From: a virus
Reading direction: 5' to 3' (one strand)
UHGV virus genome: UHGV-0369576
DNA length: 26,400 nucleotides
Numbering within the stretch: the stretch's first letter is position 1; every line of letters starts with the position of its first letter. A model generated the notes under the pieces. It was not told the DNA's origin, made no database searches, and worked only from the letters and a program-made list of their open reading frames with translations. Below, piece after piece: positions 1 to 8,665 of this stretch. The position numbers were made by a program, and so were the translations under genes.

Positions 1-39
1 CCGGGCGTGCGCCAGAATCGCTGATTCTGTCTCTGTCAT
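1..39 (-). CDS. Partial 5' end of a tail assembly gene in the lambda K position; continues past the window start
   Basis: ATG at 39..37 lies 4 nt downstream of the L stop; minus-strand reading MTETESAILAHAR runs to the window edge; position follows L as in lambda tail gene order. Confidence 0.35.
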   Translation of the reverse strand, partial: MTETESAILAHAR

Positions 40-202
40 GGGATTACTGCGAAAGTTTGTTAATGGAAAGGAAGCCGCCAAAGTTGCCGACGTTATTGCG
101 AAACTTACAGCCACTCAGGCATTTGCTGCATTTATCCTTCGTGATATCGGACGTCGGCTGGTCATATTCATCCGCGACAGCCGGACCGCTATAACCGCAC
201 TC

Positions 203-229
203 GTCACCGCGATAGATCCAGGTGCAGGT
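203..229. repeat. Left arm of 27-bp imperfect inverted repeat bounding the inverted L segment
   Basis: Reverse complement of 203..229 matches 491..517 at 24/27 positions; the three differences are all synonymous third-codon positions. Confidence 0.75.
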
Positions 230-232
230 CAC

Positions 233-490
233 GGTATGGTCACCGGGATGGCGGAAGATCTGCAGAGTCTGGTCGGCGGAACGGTGGTCCGGCGTAAGGT
301 TTACGCCCGTTTTCTGGATGCGGTGAACTTCGTCAACGGAAACAGTGACGCCGATCCGGAGCAGGAGGTGATCAGCCGCTGGCGCATCGAACAGTGCAGC
401 GAACTGAGCGCGGTCAGTGCCTCTTTTGTGCTGTCCACACCGACGGAAACGGACGGTGCTGTTTTTCCGGGGCGCATCATGCTGGCCAAC
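233..490 (+). other. Central L coding segment in inverted orientation
   Basis: Plus-strand frame of track ORF 38..523 encodes L-like sequence only from about 233 onward; upstream part of that ORF is antisense read-through. Confidence 0.65.
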
Positions 491-517
491 ACCTGCACCT
501 GGATCTACCGCGGCGAT
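491..517. repeat. Right arm of the 27-bp imperfect inverted repeat
   Basis: acctgcacctggatctaccgcggcgat; encodes TCTWIYRGD on the plus strand, the same peptide encoded by 229..203 on the minus strand. Confidence 0.75.
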
Positions 518-695
518 GGATAAGCCTGATACTGCCGCCCCTGCCAGGTGACTGGTTCACCTTTTTCGTTCTGCTCATTACAGAAGAAATAACGATCTCC
601 GCCGACCTCTGTCAGATCAATTTCCCAGAGCACGACCAGCGCGGATTGCTCCGTTTTAGTGCACTCATTGAGTGTTTCCTGCTGTATATCCTGCA

Positions 696-1052
696 TCAGT
701 GAGTGACCTCTTCAAAGGTACAGTTAAAATCGGTATACATGGTATTATCCGAAATGCTCCACTCCCTGCAGACAACCCGGACAGTCCTGTTGTGTTTTGG
801 CGGACGCCACAAAAAAGCACGAATCCCGGCATGACGGGATAAAAAACTGTCCAGCGCGGCACGGGAATATTCATCTGTGACACGAAATACCGGTTTAAAC
901 GTTTTCAGATCCGCATTCAGACCACCAGCCCGTCGCTGTTCATATCCGTCACCAAACTTTACCGTAATAACTGATGGCTTTCGTGTCGTCTCCATCCCCT
1001 CACGGGGGATCCAGTTAAAAACTTCAGGCTCAGGCACTGTACAATCCTCCAT
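696..1052 (-). CDS. Minor tail protein M (lambda gpM-like)
   Basis: Sequence FNWIPREGMETTRKPSVITVKFGDGYEQRRAGGLNADLKTF resembles lambda gpM; stop overlaps L start (ATGA at 698..694); lies directly downstream of tape measure; start at 1052 chosen by homology (track ORF extends to 1082). Confidence 0.75.
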   Translation of the reverse strand: MEDCTVPEPEVFNWIPREGMETTRKPSVITVKFGDGYEQRRAGGLNADLKTFKPVFRVTDEYSRAALDSFLSRHAGIRAFLWRPPKHNRTVRVVCREWSISDNTMYTDFNCTFEEVTH

Positions 1053-4000
1053 CCCGACGCGATGACTGCATAATTGACACAACCCTGCTGTCGATCAGAT
1101 CCACCAGTCCCCTGGCTGAGCGCGCATCTATCTCGCCATTGCTCCCTTGATTCTGAATGCTGATGTGATACACGGGAGAATAAACAAATCCACCGCCACC
1201 ATTCACATTTCCAATGGCCCTGACCCCAAGAGAGCCGTCCGCTGCCCGTGTCAGTGGCATGATTGCTTCGGGCCCGGCCTCGCCCATCAACCCGGCACCT
1301 TTCGCAAAAGCAAAATACGTCGGTGTATCCACAATAGTGTTACTGTAAGCACTCAGATTTGCCGATGTGTAAACACCACCTTTTGCGTTTGCCACTGCCC
1401 CCGAAATCCATCCGCCGACCGTACCAAGCCACCCTCCGGCACCGGAGAGTGATTTCAGTCCGTTAACAATGGCTGCATTCATCAGAATTTTTGAAACTTC
1501 CCGGAGAACTGAACTCCCCCAGTTCCTCCAGTCCACAACATTCCCGGCCAGTGCATCGGAAATATTTGATACCAGCCCGTCCATCGTGGAAACGACAGCA
1601 TCTGCCGCCTGTGAAGCATAATCGGTGGCACTGTCTGCCCAGTTGGTCAGTCCCTCCTGGAGTCCGGCATTCCAGTTATTACGTAAAGCATCGGCCTTTG
1701 CATAATAATCCTGCTGATCGCTGAGACGCTCTTCCAGATATTTTTTATTCAGTTCTTTCTCCTGTTTCCACAGAGCTTCTTCAATTTCTCCGGCCTGATA
1801 CTGTCTCAGCAGCTCGTTATTTTTCTGCTCAAACGCCTGCCGGATACTCCACATTTCCTGGAGTCGTTCACGCATCCGTGAGCCTTCACCATATCCCAGC
1901 AACTGCGCTTCGTCAGATGCCCGGGCACTGGCATTACTGTCCGCCAGACTGCTCTCATACGCAGCAAGCTGCTCACGAATCTTTTTCTGGTCGATGAGTG
2001 CTGCATTCTGCAAAAGCGTTTTTTTCTGCGCTTCTGACAGGGTTGATAATTCGCCCTGACTGACCTGATATTTCATCTTAGCCAGTTCAGTATTCTGCCC
2101 TGCCAGTGCTATTTGTTCTTTTTGCTGTTTAATCAGCCGTTTATAAATATCTTCTGTTTTTTCCGCTTCGGTCTTTTTATGCGCTTTGGGTTTATTTGCC
2201 TGGTTATTTCGCCAGGCATCCAGTGAGTTATTGATATAATTCTGTCTGGCTGTCTGATACGCCTCTCCCACAAAGCCGAGATCATCCGCAGCATAACCCA
2301 GGCGGGCACGCTCACGGGCTTCCCCCTTCAGGCGGGACAGAGCCAGTTCGCGCTCACTGTTATTCAGTGCGGTCTGCTGTTTATCATCCAGGGTTGCCTG
2401 TGGTAGCCGTAACGGTACATTCACCAGCCCCTGTCGCTGCTGAAGTAATTCATTACCGAGCCCGAGAAGGCGATTAAACTCGGTATGCTGCCCATTCATG
2501 ATCAACAGGGACTGATACGCTTTGTTTTGTTCCGCGGCCTGTTGACGGATCAACGCCACCCGTCGCTCCTCCAGCCCGGCAAGCACATCCTGAATGGATT
2601 GCGCTTTGCCCTGCATTTGTGTGAGACGGGACTGTTCAACTGCCAGTTGATTTGTTGCTTCTGCAAGCCCTTCTGTGACAGTTTTTACCGACGTCATGTG
2701 GTTAATCATAAAACCGTTATCGGTTGTCCAGCCCGGGTTTGCCAGCACATACTGATAGCCAGCAATTTTTTCCTGTAAGGATTTAATCTTACTTTTCTGC
2801 TCGTCAATTAACCTGTTTTGCTCATCAAGTGCCTGCCGCGTCTTTTCCTCATTATCTGACGCTTCAGGAAGCGACATTGCCGACGTTTTCTGGCGAATTT
2901 CGTCGATTGTTGCGGCATACTGGCGTGCAGATTCTCTGGCCTTCTCCTGATTCTGATACATCGTGTACCAGGCCGTCGCCCCCAGCATGACGAGTCCCGG
3001 CACACCACCAACCAACCCCAGCGCACCACTTAACAGACGACTCCCCACTGACGTGACAGTATTCAGCGTTGTCTGTGCCGCTGTTCTGGCCGCAATATTA
3101 CGGGTAAGTGACGCCTGGGCAGCTGTCAGCTTCGCTTCTGCTGCGGCCTGCCTTTCGGTACCGCGAGCAGCAACAACCGCCTGTTGCGCACGATAAACCG
3201 CCGCACGCGCCCTGGCGGTTGCTATCTGTGTCCCCCGAAGTTGCGCTTCAGCAAGAGCCACTTCGTTTCTGGCTGCAGTAATTAATCCGGCAGTTGCAGA
3301 TCCAGCAGACGACGCCATATTGCCAAAATATCGGGCTACCCCGACGGCAACCAGTGCGCCAGCTGCAGCAGCCACGGTATCCATATTGTCTGCAACACCA
3401 TTCAACACCCCGGTGAGTGTCTTTGTCACTCCGCTTGCCTCGTTCGCACCACCAACCCAGGCCATAAAGGCGTTTTCAACTTTGGTTGCAGAGGATGAAA
3501 CAGTATCAGGCATTGCTGCATATTCATCACGCAACGCCCCAAGCTGACTAATCAGTGCAGGAACAACCTTATCGGCGGTCAGTTTTCCGTTATCCGCCAT
3601 GGCCTTCAGATCCTTACGGGCAACACCCATTCCCGCAGCCAGCGCACGAATAACACGATCGCCGTTCTCATTCACAGAGTTAAATTCTTCACCGCGCAGC
3701 ACTCCCTGCGCCAGTGCCTGACTGAACTGCGTGATCACCGAACTGGCTTCTGCTGTACTGGCACCGGATAATTTCAGGCCCGTGGAGATCGCCTCGGTGA
3801 CTTTCAGTACCTCCTCAGAACTGTAGCCATACTCCCGCATGGAAGCTGCAGAGCGGGCAAAAAGGCTGGCGTTATCAGAAAACGCCGTTCCCGTTCTCTG
3901 GCTGATTGCCATTAATTCACGTTGTGATACCTGAAAATCATCACTGGACTGTGAAGCCTGCTTCAGACGGGCATTTACTGAATTCCACTCATCGGCGAGA

Positions 4001-4263
4001 GAAATAAGATGACCGGTAGCAAAAGCTCCGGCAAATGCCCCCGCCATATTCAGTGCCGAAGATTTAGCTGTATTTATCTGATCCGTCACTTCTGCCAGTG
4101 CACGCCGCATTTCACGGGATGCAGCAGCGGACTGCCGGCCTCCGTTCTGCATGGTACGGTAGTAATCCTGCCCCATACGCGAAGCCCGGGAGATCTCTGA
4201 CTGGAATGACCGGGAATTTGCCGAGATTTTAATAATCAGTTCACGTAATGTCGCCACACTCAT
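1030..4263 (-). CDS. Tail tape measure protein (lambda H-like)
   Basis: 1077-aa ORF, Ala/Gln-rich coiled-coil-like middle, Gly-rich C-terminus, positioned after G/GT and before M; ATG at 4263 preceded by GGAGA. Confidence 0.9.
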   Translation of the reverse strand: MSVATLRELIIKISANSRSFQSEISRASRMGQDYYRTMQNGGRQSAAASREMRRALAEVTDQINTAKSSALNMAGAFAGAFATGHLISLADEWNSVNARLKQASQSSDDFQVSQRELMAISQRTGTAFSDNASLFARSAASMREYGYSSEEVLKVTEAISTGLKLSGASTAEASSVITQFSQALAQGVLRGEEFNSVNENGDRVIRALAAGMGVARKDLKAMADNGKLTADKVVPALISQLGALRDEYAAMPDTVSSSATKVENAFMAWVGGANEASGVTKTLTGVLNGVADNMDTVAAAAGALVAVGVARYFGNMASSAGSATAGLITAARNEVALAEAQLRGTQIATARARAAVYRAQQAVVAARGTERQAAAEAKLTAAQASLTRNIAARTAAQTTLNTVTSVGSRLLSGALGLVGGVPGLVMLGATAWYTMYQNQEKARESARQYAATIDEIRQKTSAMSLPEASDNEEKTRQALDEQNRLIDEQKSKIKSLQEKIAGYQYVLANPGWTTDNGFMINHMTSVKTVTEGLAEATNQLAVEQSRLTQMQGKAQSIQDVLAGLEERRVALIRQQAAEQNKAYQSLLIMNGQHTEFNRLLGLGNELLQQRQGLVNVPLRLPQATLDDKQQTALNNSERELALSRLKGEARERARLGYAADDLGFVGEAYQTARQNYINNSLDAWRNNQANKPKAHKKTEAEKTEDIYKRLIKQQKEQIALAGQNTELAKMKYQVSQGELSTLSEAQKKTLLQNAALIDQKKIREQLAAYESSLADSNASARASDEAQLLGYGEGSRMRERLQEMWSIRQAFEQKNNELLRQYQAGEIEEALWKQEKELNKKYLEERLSDQQDYYAKADALRNNWNAGLQEGLTNWADSATDYASQAADAVVSTMDGLVSNISDALAGNVVDWRNWGSSVLREVSKILMNAAIVNGLKSLSGAGGWLGTVGGWISGAVANAKGGVYTSANLSAYSNTIVDTPTYFAFAKGAGLMGEAGPEAIMPLTRAADGSLGVRAIGNVNGGGGFVYSPVYHISIQNQGSNGEIDARSARGLVDLIDSRVVSIMQSSRRDGGLYSA

Positions 4264-4271
4264 TCTCCGGA

Positions 4272-4294
4272 CGAAAAAAACCGCCGAAGCGGTT
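4272..4294 (-). terminator. Intrinsic-terminator-like hairpin between GT and tape measure genes
   Basis: aaccgc-cgaa-gcggtt stem-loop followed on the minus strand by a 7-T run, immediately upstream of the tape-measure SD. Confidence 0.4.
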
Positions 4295-4302
4295 ATGTTG
4301 AC

Positions 4303-4976
4303 TCACTGAGACACTATTAAAAGCGCGTTTTCCAGTCCGGCAAATGGATCTGAGACGCCTTCTGTCTGCTCTTGTTCCCACTGAAGAAGCGCATCATTCA
4401 GTGGGACTTTGACACCCTGCGCACCGTAAACCGCAGAAACTATCTGGGCAGCCCGGATATCAGCCCGCTCGTCACCCAGCGGGCTGAACCTGTCAAATTC
4501 TGCCCACATCATGATTTCTGATGCGGACATTTCCCGGCGTAACTCTGACAATGTGCGCCCCATCCTGAGCGCCAGCATCATCAGAAAACGCATCCCCGGA
4601 AGCGCTACTTTTTTTTAACCTCGCCGGCATCACTGATCAGTTCCAGAGACTGCCGAAGAAGCCGCGCATGCACCGGGCCATACACGGCAATCACCTGTTC
4701 ACGATCATCCTCTGAAAATACAGGTTGCAGTCCGGTATCACACAGAACATCAATGAACAGTTCAACATCTGCCTCCAGATTTCGGCGGGCGCGCTCCGCA
4801 ACGGATAACGGTGTCTCATCATCTTTTGCTTTAACGATCTCCTGCCAGCGCAACCAGGCTTCTGCAGAAGGTTCCCGTAATACAACCGTTGCCCCTTCCC
4901 ATTCAGGCACATCAACAGTTTTATGGCGAAACCCCGACATCGTTGCCAGTGCCAGATTGCGGATATTTTTAGTCAT
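4303..4976 (-). CDS. Tail assembly chaperone G-T fusion made by programmed -1 frameshift
   Basis: ORF 4303..4593 is open upstream through the slippery site in the -1 frame relative to G (reads KVALPGMRFLMM...); classic G/GT arrangement. Confidence 0.7.
4605..4976 (-). CDS. Tail assembly chaperone G
   Basis: Position between major tail and tape measure genes; ends GEVKKK-stop on a run of 8 A; start at second ATG (4976) which has a GAGGA SD. Confidence 0.8.
   Translation of the reverse strand: MTKNIRNLALATMSGFRHKTVDVPEWEGATVVLREPSAEAWLRWQEIVKAKDDETPLSVAERARRNLEADVELFIDVLCDTGLQPVFSEDDREQVIAVYGPVHARLLRQSLELISDAGEVKKK
4608..4614 (-). promoter_or_regulatory. Slippery heptamer A_AAA_AAG for the G/GT -1 frameshift
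   Basis: Minus-strand GTT AAA AAA AAG TAG at the end of G; the -1 frame continues without a stop into T. Confidence 0.7.
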
Positions 4977-4990
4977 CACATCTATCCTCA

Positions 4991-5695
4991 TTAACTGACG
5001 GTAACAGTGCAGGAAGTGGAGGTCACCTTGTTAACAGGGCTTGCTGAATCAGAAATCTCGCAGGTATACGCACCGGCATCACCTGATGCTGCTGATGCCT
5101 TACTGAATGTTGCCGCCGTCTGTCCGGAAACAGGAGAACTACCTTTCTTCCAGACATAAGAATAAGGCGGCACACCACCGGCAGCCTCAACCACCATTTC
5201 GAGTTTCGCTCCGGCAGAAACCTGCAGCGTGCTGTTTAAATCGACCTTCACTTTCAGCGGCTCTGTCGTCAGCACAGGTTTACCTTTCAGGCGCAGGGAA
5301 AACGTTGCAGCCACAACACCATTAGTTCCTGCAGACCAGGTATGCTGACGCACCTCTGCCATAAAGGTAAATCCGTTGCCTGACGGAAAAATAACTTTAA
5401 AGCCATACGTGGTGTCATTGTCATAGGCACTGCGCAACGCGTTCTGGGCAGCATTGAGGTAAAAGTTGCCTGACATGGAAATCTCTGACGCGGCACCAAG
5501 GCCGTTAATATTTTCCTGCTCAACAGAACACAGCGTGGTGACATCAATATCCTGCTTTTGTCCTGCGGTAAACTGCACCTCTTTGATTGTACAGCTCAGG
5601 CCAAGATAGCTGGCAGAATCCAGGGTTTCTGCTGTTACCGGTGCAGACGAAATCATAATTTTCGTCAGTTGCGAACGCTCAAAATTAGAGGACAT
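4991..5695 (-). CDS. Major tail (tube) protein with C-terminal Ig-like domain
   Basis: Position upstream of G/GT; C-terminal ~80 aa resemble a Big_2-type Ig domain (PPYSYVWKKG...AYTCEISD); ATG at 5695 with AGGAGA SD, downstream of a terminator hairpin. Confidence 0.85.
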   Translation of the reverse strand: MSSNFERSQLTKIMISSAPVTAETLDSASYLGLSCTIKEVQFTAGQKQDIDVTTLCSVEQENINGLGAASEISMSGNFYLNAAQNALRSAYDNDTTYGFKVIFPSGNGFTFMAEVRQHTWSAGTNGVVAATFSLRLKGKPVLTTEPLKVKVDLNSTLQVSAGAKLEMVVEAAGGVPPYSYVWKKGSSPVSGQTAATFSKASAASGDAGAYTCEISDSASPVNKVTSTSCTVTVS

Positions 5696-5710
5696 ACTCG
5701 TCTCCTGAAA

Positions 5711-5736
5711 ATAAAAAACCCGCCAGCGGCGGGTGG
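5711..5736 (-). terminator. Hairpin plus T-run upstream of the major tail gene
   Basis: cccgcc-agc-ggcggg stem followed on the minus strand by ttttttatttt. Confidence 0.45.
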
Positions 5737-5754
5737 GTAAAATCATTAACGACC

Positions 5755-6099
5755 TCAGGCTATTACCTGAAATTCAAGCGTGGCTCTGCTCAGACGGGAA
5801 TCAGGATCATAACCCTGAGTTTTAGAAATAACGGAAGGTGCAAGTTGCCTTACCGCATCAAGCGCCTGCTCACGGATATCATCTGCGTCATCAGGTACTG
5901 TTGCCCAGACATCGATCTGCACGGTAATTCTGGATTCAGCCTGACCATCAAGCACATCAGACGCAGTGTCAGACACCACAGAAAATACCAGCCATGGCGG
6001 AGATACCGCAGGCTTTCCCTCCGTCAGCGGGACCACATAAGGATAAACCTGTCCTCCGGCCAGTTGAGACAGCAGGGAATACAGTGTGGTCTCTCTCAT
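5755..6099 (-). CDS. Tail terminator / tail completion protein (DUF3168-like position)
   Basis: 114-aa ORF immediately upstream of the major tail gene; start overlaps the preceding stop. Confidence 0.55.
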   Translation of the reverse strand: MRETTLYSLLSQLAGGQVYPYVVPLTEGKPAVSPPWLVFSVVSDTASDVLDGQAESRITVQIDVWATVPDDADDIREQALDAVRQLAPSVISKTQGYDPDSRLSRATLEFQVIA

Positions 6100-6542
6100 T
6101 TACTTAAGACCTCATCAATAGCCTGATTCATTCGCTGTATGGCAATCTGTGCTGCCAGTTCCTCTGTCGTATCGAAAGCCGGGCGAATGAACGGATGCGC
6201 GGGCATGTTTATCGTTCCCAGCTCCACAAAGCGCCAGTAAAACGCATTTCGGGGATCACTGGCTTTCATGCTGTTATCACTGTTTCCGGTTCGCAGGTTC
6301 CGTCCACGAATGTGGACACCCGAGATAATTTCCCCCCGACGCTTTGAACGCTGAGTGAGAACAACCACATTTTTCTTCAGTTTCCCGGTTCGCTCCGGCG
6401 CACGTTCAACAACTGCATCCCGCATAACTTCAGCACCGGCACGGGTGGCATCGCGCAGTACCTTATTGTTTTCTGCCCTGCTGAGCGTCTCCAGATCCCG
6501 TGCAATATCCGCCAGACCTGAAAAATCAAGACTGAAATCCAT
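6096..6542 (-). CDS. HK97 gp10-family tail component
   Basis: Motif TINMPAHPFIRPAFD typical of the HK97 gp10 family; ATGA overlap with the upstream gene. Confidence 0.7.
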   Translation of the reverse strand: MDFSLDFSGLADIARDLETLSRAENNKVLRDATRAGAEVMRDAVVERAPERTGKLKKNVVVLTQRSKRRGEIISGVHIRGRNLRTGNSDNSMKASDPRNAFYWRFVELGTINMPAHPFIRPAFDTTEELAAQIAIQRMNQAIDEVLSK

Positions 6543-6880
6543 CACACATTCCCCTTCTGAGAACAGAGTATCTCAAGCCGTGTGGCACGAGCATCCGGTA
6601 TCGGCGGACCGTCTATACTCAGAATCGCGCCTTTGAATGCACCAGTCAGCACTTTCAGACATGAAGTTGCTGTTACATCTCGCCGGAATCTCATCCAGAC
6701 CCTCACTGTAGCCTGAGCAGTTTCTGCGCCTCCGGATATTCTCTCCCTGCCACTGATCCCCTTAACTTCTGCCCATATGGTTGCCCCCTCCGTCATTGTT
6801 TCCACAGGGTGCCCTGACGGAGACCGAACGGTGGTGGCATTCAGAATAACCACACGATCACGTAATCTTCCTGCCTGCAT
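6542..6880 (-). CDS. Head-tail adaptor / head closure protein
   Basis: 112-aa ORF in the conserved connector block between capsid and tail genes. Confidence 0.6.
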   Translation of the reverse strand: MQAGRLRDRVVILNATTVRSPSGHPVETMTEGATIWAEVKGISGRERISGGAETAQATVRVWMRFRRDVTATSCLKVLTGAFKGAILSIDGPPIPDARATRLEILCSQKGNV

Positions 6881-6888
6881 GAATCCTC

Positions 6889-7194
6889 CTATGTTCCGGG
6901 ATGAAATCGATACATCCGCAGTCCGGTATAGAAAAAATCAGGCACTGCATCCTGCATTTCCCTGTTCTCGTACCAGTAGCCAACCAGTTGCATAAGACGC
7001 AGTTTTATCAGAGGTGTTATTACAAGCCCGGTCGTATCCTGCTCAGAAACAGTTTCATCGTAAAGCGTCCGGTTTAAAAACTTTTCAGCCTCTTCCCTGG
7101 CAGCAGCCAGATACATCATAAGAAGAGAATTCTCCTGTTCATTGTCATCATCAATCCGGCACTGAACACGAAGCTCTTCCAGAGTGGGCATCAT
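6889..7194 (-). CDS. Head-tail connector protein (gp6-like)
   Basis: 101-aa acidic protein in the expected position after the capsid gene. Confidence 0.6.
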   Translation of the reverse strand: MMPTLEELRVQCRIDDDNEQENSLLMMYLAAAREEAEKFLNRTLYDETVSEQDTTGLVITPLIKLRLMQLVGYWYENREMQDAVPDFFYTGLRMYRFHPGT

Positions 7195-7205
7195 TTGGGC
7201 AACCT

Positions 7206-7394
7206 CTATGAATGCTGTTTTTTAGACTTATCAGCCCCCCGCGCAACAGGTGTTCTCTTATCAGAGACAATCCCAGCTGCAGTGGCAATTTCGCGTACCC
7301 GTTCGGGTAATTCTTTATCTTCATACTCACCGGCCCGAATAATCTCAACACGCATACCGTCCGGTGACCATTTCAGATCTTGTTTCAGGATCAT
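7206..7394 (-). CDS. Hypothetical protein (62 aa)
   Basis: ATG with AGGTGA SD, located between the capsid gene hairpin and the connector genes. Confidence 0.45.
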   Translation of the reverse strand: MILKQDLKWSPDGMRVEIIRAGEYEDKELPERVREIATAAGIVSDKRTPVARGADKSKKQHS

Positions 7395-7413
7395 GATTCT
7401 TTCACCTGTCAGA

Positions 7414-7440
7414 ACAGGGGGCGCACTTCTGCGCCCCCTG
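7414..7440 (-). terminator. Stable GC hairpin immediately downstream of the major capsid gene
   Basis: gggggcgca-cttc-tgcgccccc, a 9-bp perfect stem just after the capsid stop; weak T tract. Confidence 0.45.
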
Positions 7441-7445
7441 AATGA

Positions 7446-8651
7446 TTACGCCGCTGCAATCTTCAGCAGTTTGATGGCCTGCGAATCGACCAGCATGCCG
7501 CCGGTGCGCTTGGTGGTATAAAAACCGACAAACGGTTTATTGGTGTACGGGTCACGCAGAATGCGGGTACCGATACGGTCAACGATGGTGTAACCCCGTT
7601 TGAAGTTACCAAATGCAATGGCTTTCGCATCAGCGGCAATATCCGGCATCTGTTCGTTTTCAGCGATAGCGTAACCCGCCAGAGAGGACGGCTGCCCCAG
7701 CTCCAGCCCCGGACGCCACAGATAGTTACCCTCACTGTCTTTCAGCAGACGGATGGCAAACAGACTGTTGTTGTTCATCATGAACTTCGCGCCAGTGCGG
7801 TGTGCCTTACGCAGCGTGTAAATCAGTTTGATAATGGCATCTGCGGTCACCGCCGTCGCTTCGCCGGATACAATATGCTGAAGTTTGCCGAACGCCCGGA
7901 CCTTGTCTGTTTCATCCGTGGACTCATACGCCAGGAACCCTTTCGGCTTCTTGGTACCATCGCCGGTGGTAAAGGCAATTTCTTCCTGTTCGGCAAATTC
8001 GGTTGCCAGCTCGCTGTTGATCCATGCTTCCACGTTGAAAAAGGCATCATCCAGCATTTTCTGGGTGGCCTGCGGGTTACCGTAGATTTCCCCCATGAAA
8101 GGTTCAATCAGGCCCAGTTTTGAGGTGGCAGTCTGGGAGCGCGCGTCAGTCTCGCCAACCCATCCGGAAGCCGTGCCGCCCAGATTCACCAGTTTTTTGT
8201 AGTCGGAACCACCAACGCTGATCACCGTGGCTTCCTGGCGCATCACCACTTCATCTTTCAGCAGGGTGAGAATGTTGCGATCCAGTGCTTCCGGCACGGC
8301 ATAGCCGCCGTCTTCATCGGTGCCCACCTGTAATGCCTTGCGCTCCAGATCGCGCAGACCATCTTCACGGCCTTTACGCAGGAAGCCCACAAACGCTTCT
8401 TTATGCTCGGTGGCCAGTTTATTTTGCGCACCACCTGCCGGACGTTTCAGCTCAAGCAGCTCTTTTTCAAGATCGCTTTTGAGGTTTTCCAGCTCGCTGA
8501 GTTTCCCGTTCAGGGTTTCCACCTGCCCGGCAAGTTTGCCTTTTTCCTGCTCAATCGCATCCACGCGCTTGTCGTTCTTTGCTTTGAAGTCGTCAAACTT
8601 CTGCTGCAGCTCCTGCGCGACCTGTTCGACATCTTTAATATCAACCGCCAT
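7446..8651 (-). CDS. Major capsid protein (HK97 fold) with N-terminal delta/scaffold domain
   Basis: 401 aa; N-terminal ~100 aa coiled-coil (KFDDFKAKNDKRVDAIEQEKGKL...); follows prohead protease; AGGAGA SD. Confidence 0.9.
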   Translation of the reverse strand: MAVDIKDVEQVAQELQQKFDDFKAKNDKRVDAIEQEKGKLAGQVETLNGKLSELENLKSDLEKELLELKRPAGGAQNKLATEHKEAFVGFLRKGREDGLRDLERKALQVGTDEDGGYAVPEALDRNILTLLKDEVVMRQEATVISVGGSDYKKLVNLGGTASGWVGETDARSQTATSKLGLIEPFMGEIYGNPQATQKMLDDAFFNVEAWINSELATEFAEQEEIAFTTGDGTKKPKGFLAYESTDETDKVRAFGKLQHIVSGEATAVTADAIIKLIYTLRKAHRTGAKFMMNNNSLFAIRLLKDSEGNYLWRPGLELGQPSSLAGYAIAENEQMPDIAADAKAIAFGNFKRGYTIVDRIGTRILRDPYTNKPFVGFYTTKRTGGMLVDSQAIKLLKIAAA

Positions 8652-8665
8652 CGTATTTCTCCTGA

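Larger units (their letters stand above)
44..696 (-). pseudogene. Minor tail protein L homolog disrupted by inversion of its central segment
   Basis: N-terminal 60 aa (696..517, MQDIQQETLNEC...WQGRQYQAYP) and C-terminal 62 aa (229..44, TCTWIYRGDECGYSG...INKLSQ) are on the minus strand, but the central ~86 aa (GMVTGMAEDLQSLVGG...FPGRIMLANTCTWIYRGD) is encoded on the plus strand at 233..517; N-terminal frame hits a stop at 507..505. Confidence 0.7.

Noticed and set aside
203-517. Gin/Cin/Hin-type invertible switch in the tail region
   Set aside because: No invertase gene is nearby, the repeats lie inside the essential structural gene L rather than a tail-fibre variable region, and one junction lacks expected codons; a rearrangement or assembly artefact is more likely.
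38-523. 161-aa plus-strand ORF as an independent gene
   Set aside because: Only its 233..517 portion encodes L-like sequence; the rest is antisense read-through of the L C-terminal region. It is a by-product of the inverted L segment, not a distinct gene.
696-1082. Longer 128-aa form of the M gene starting at 1082
   Set aside because: The extension has no homology support and overlaps the tape-measure 3' end more than the ATG at 1052 does.
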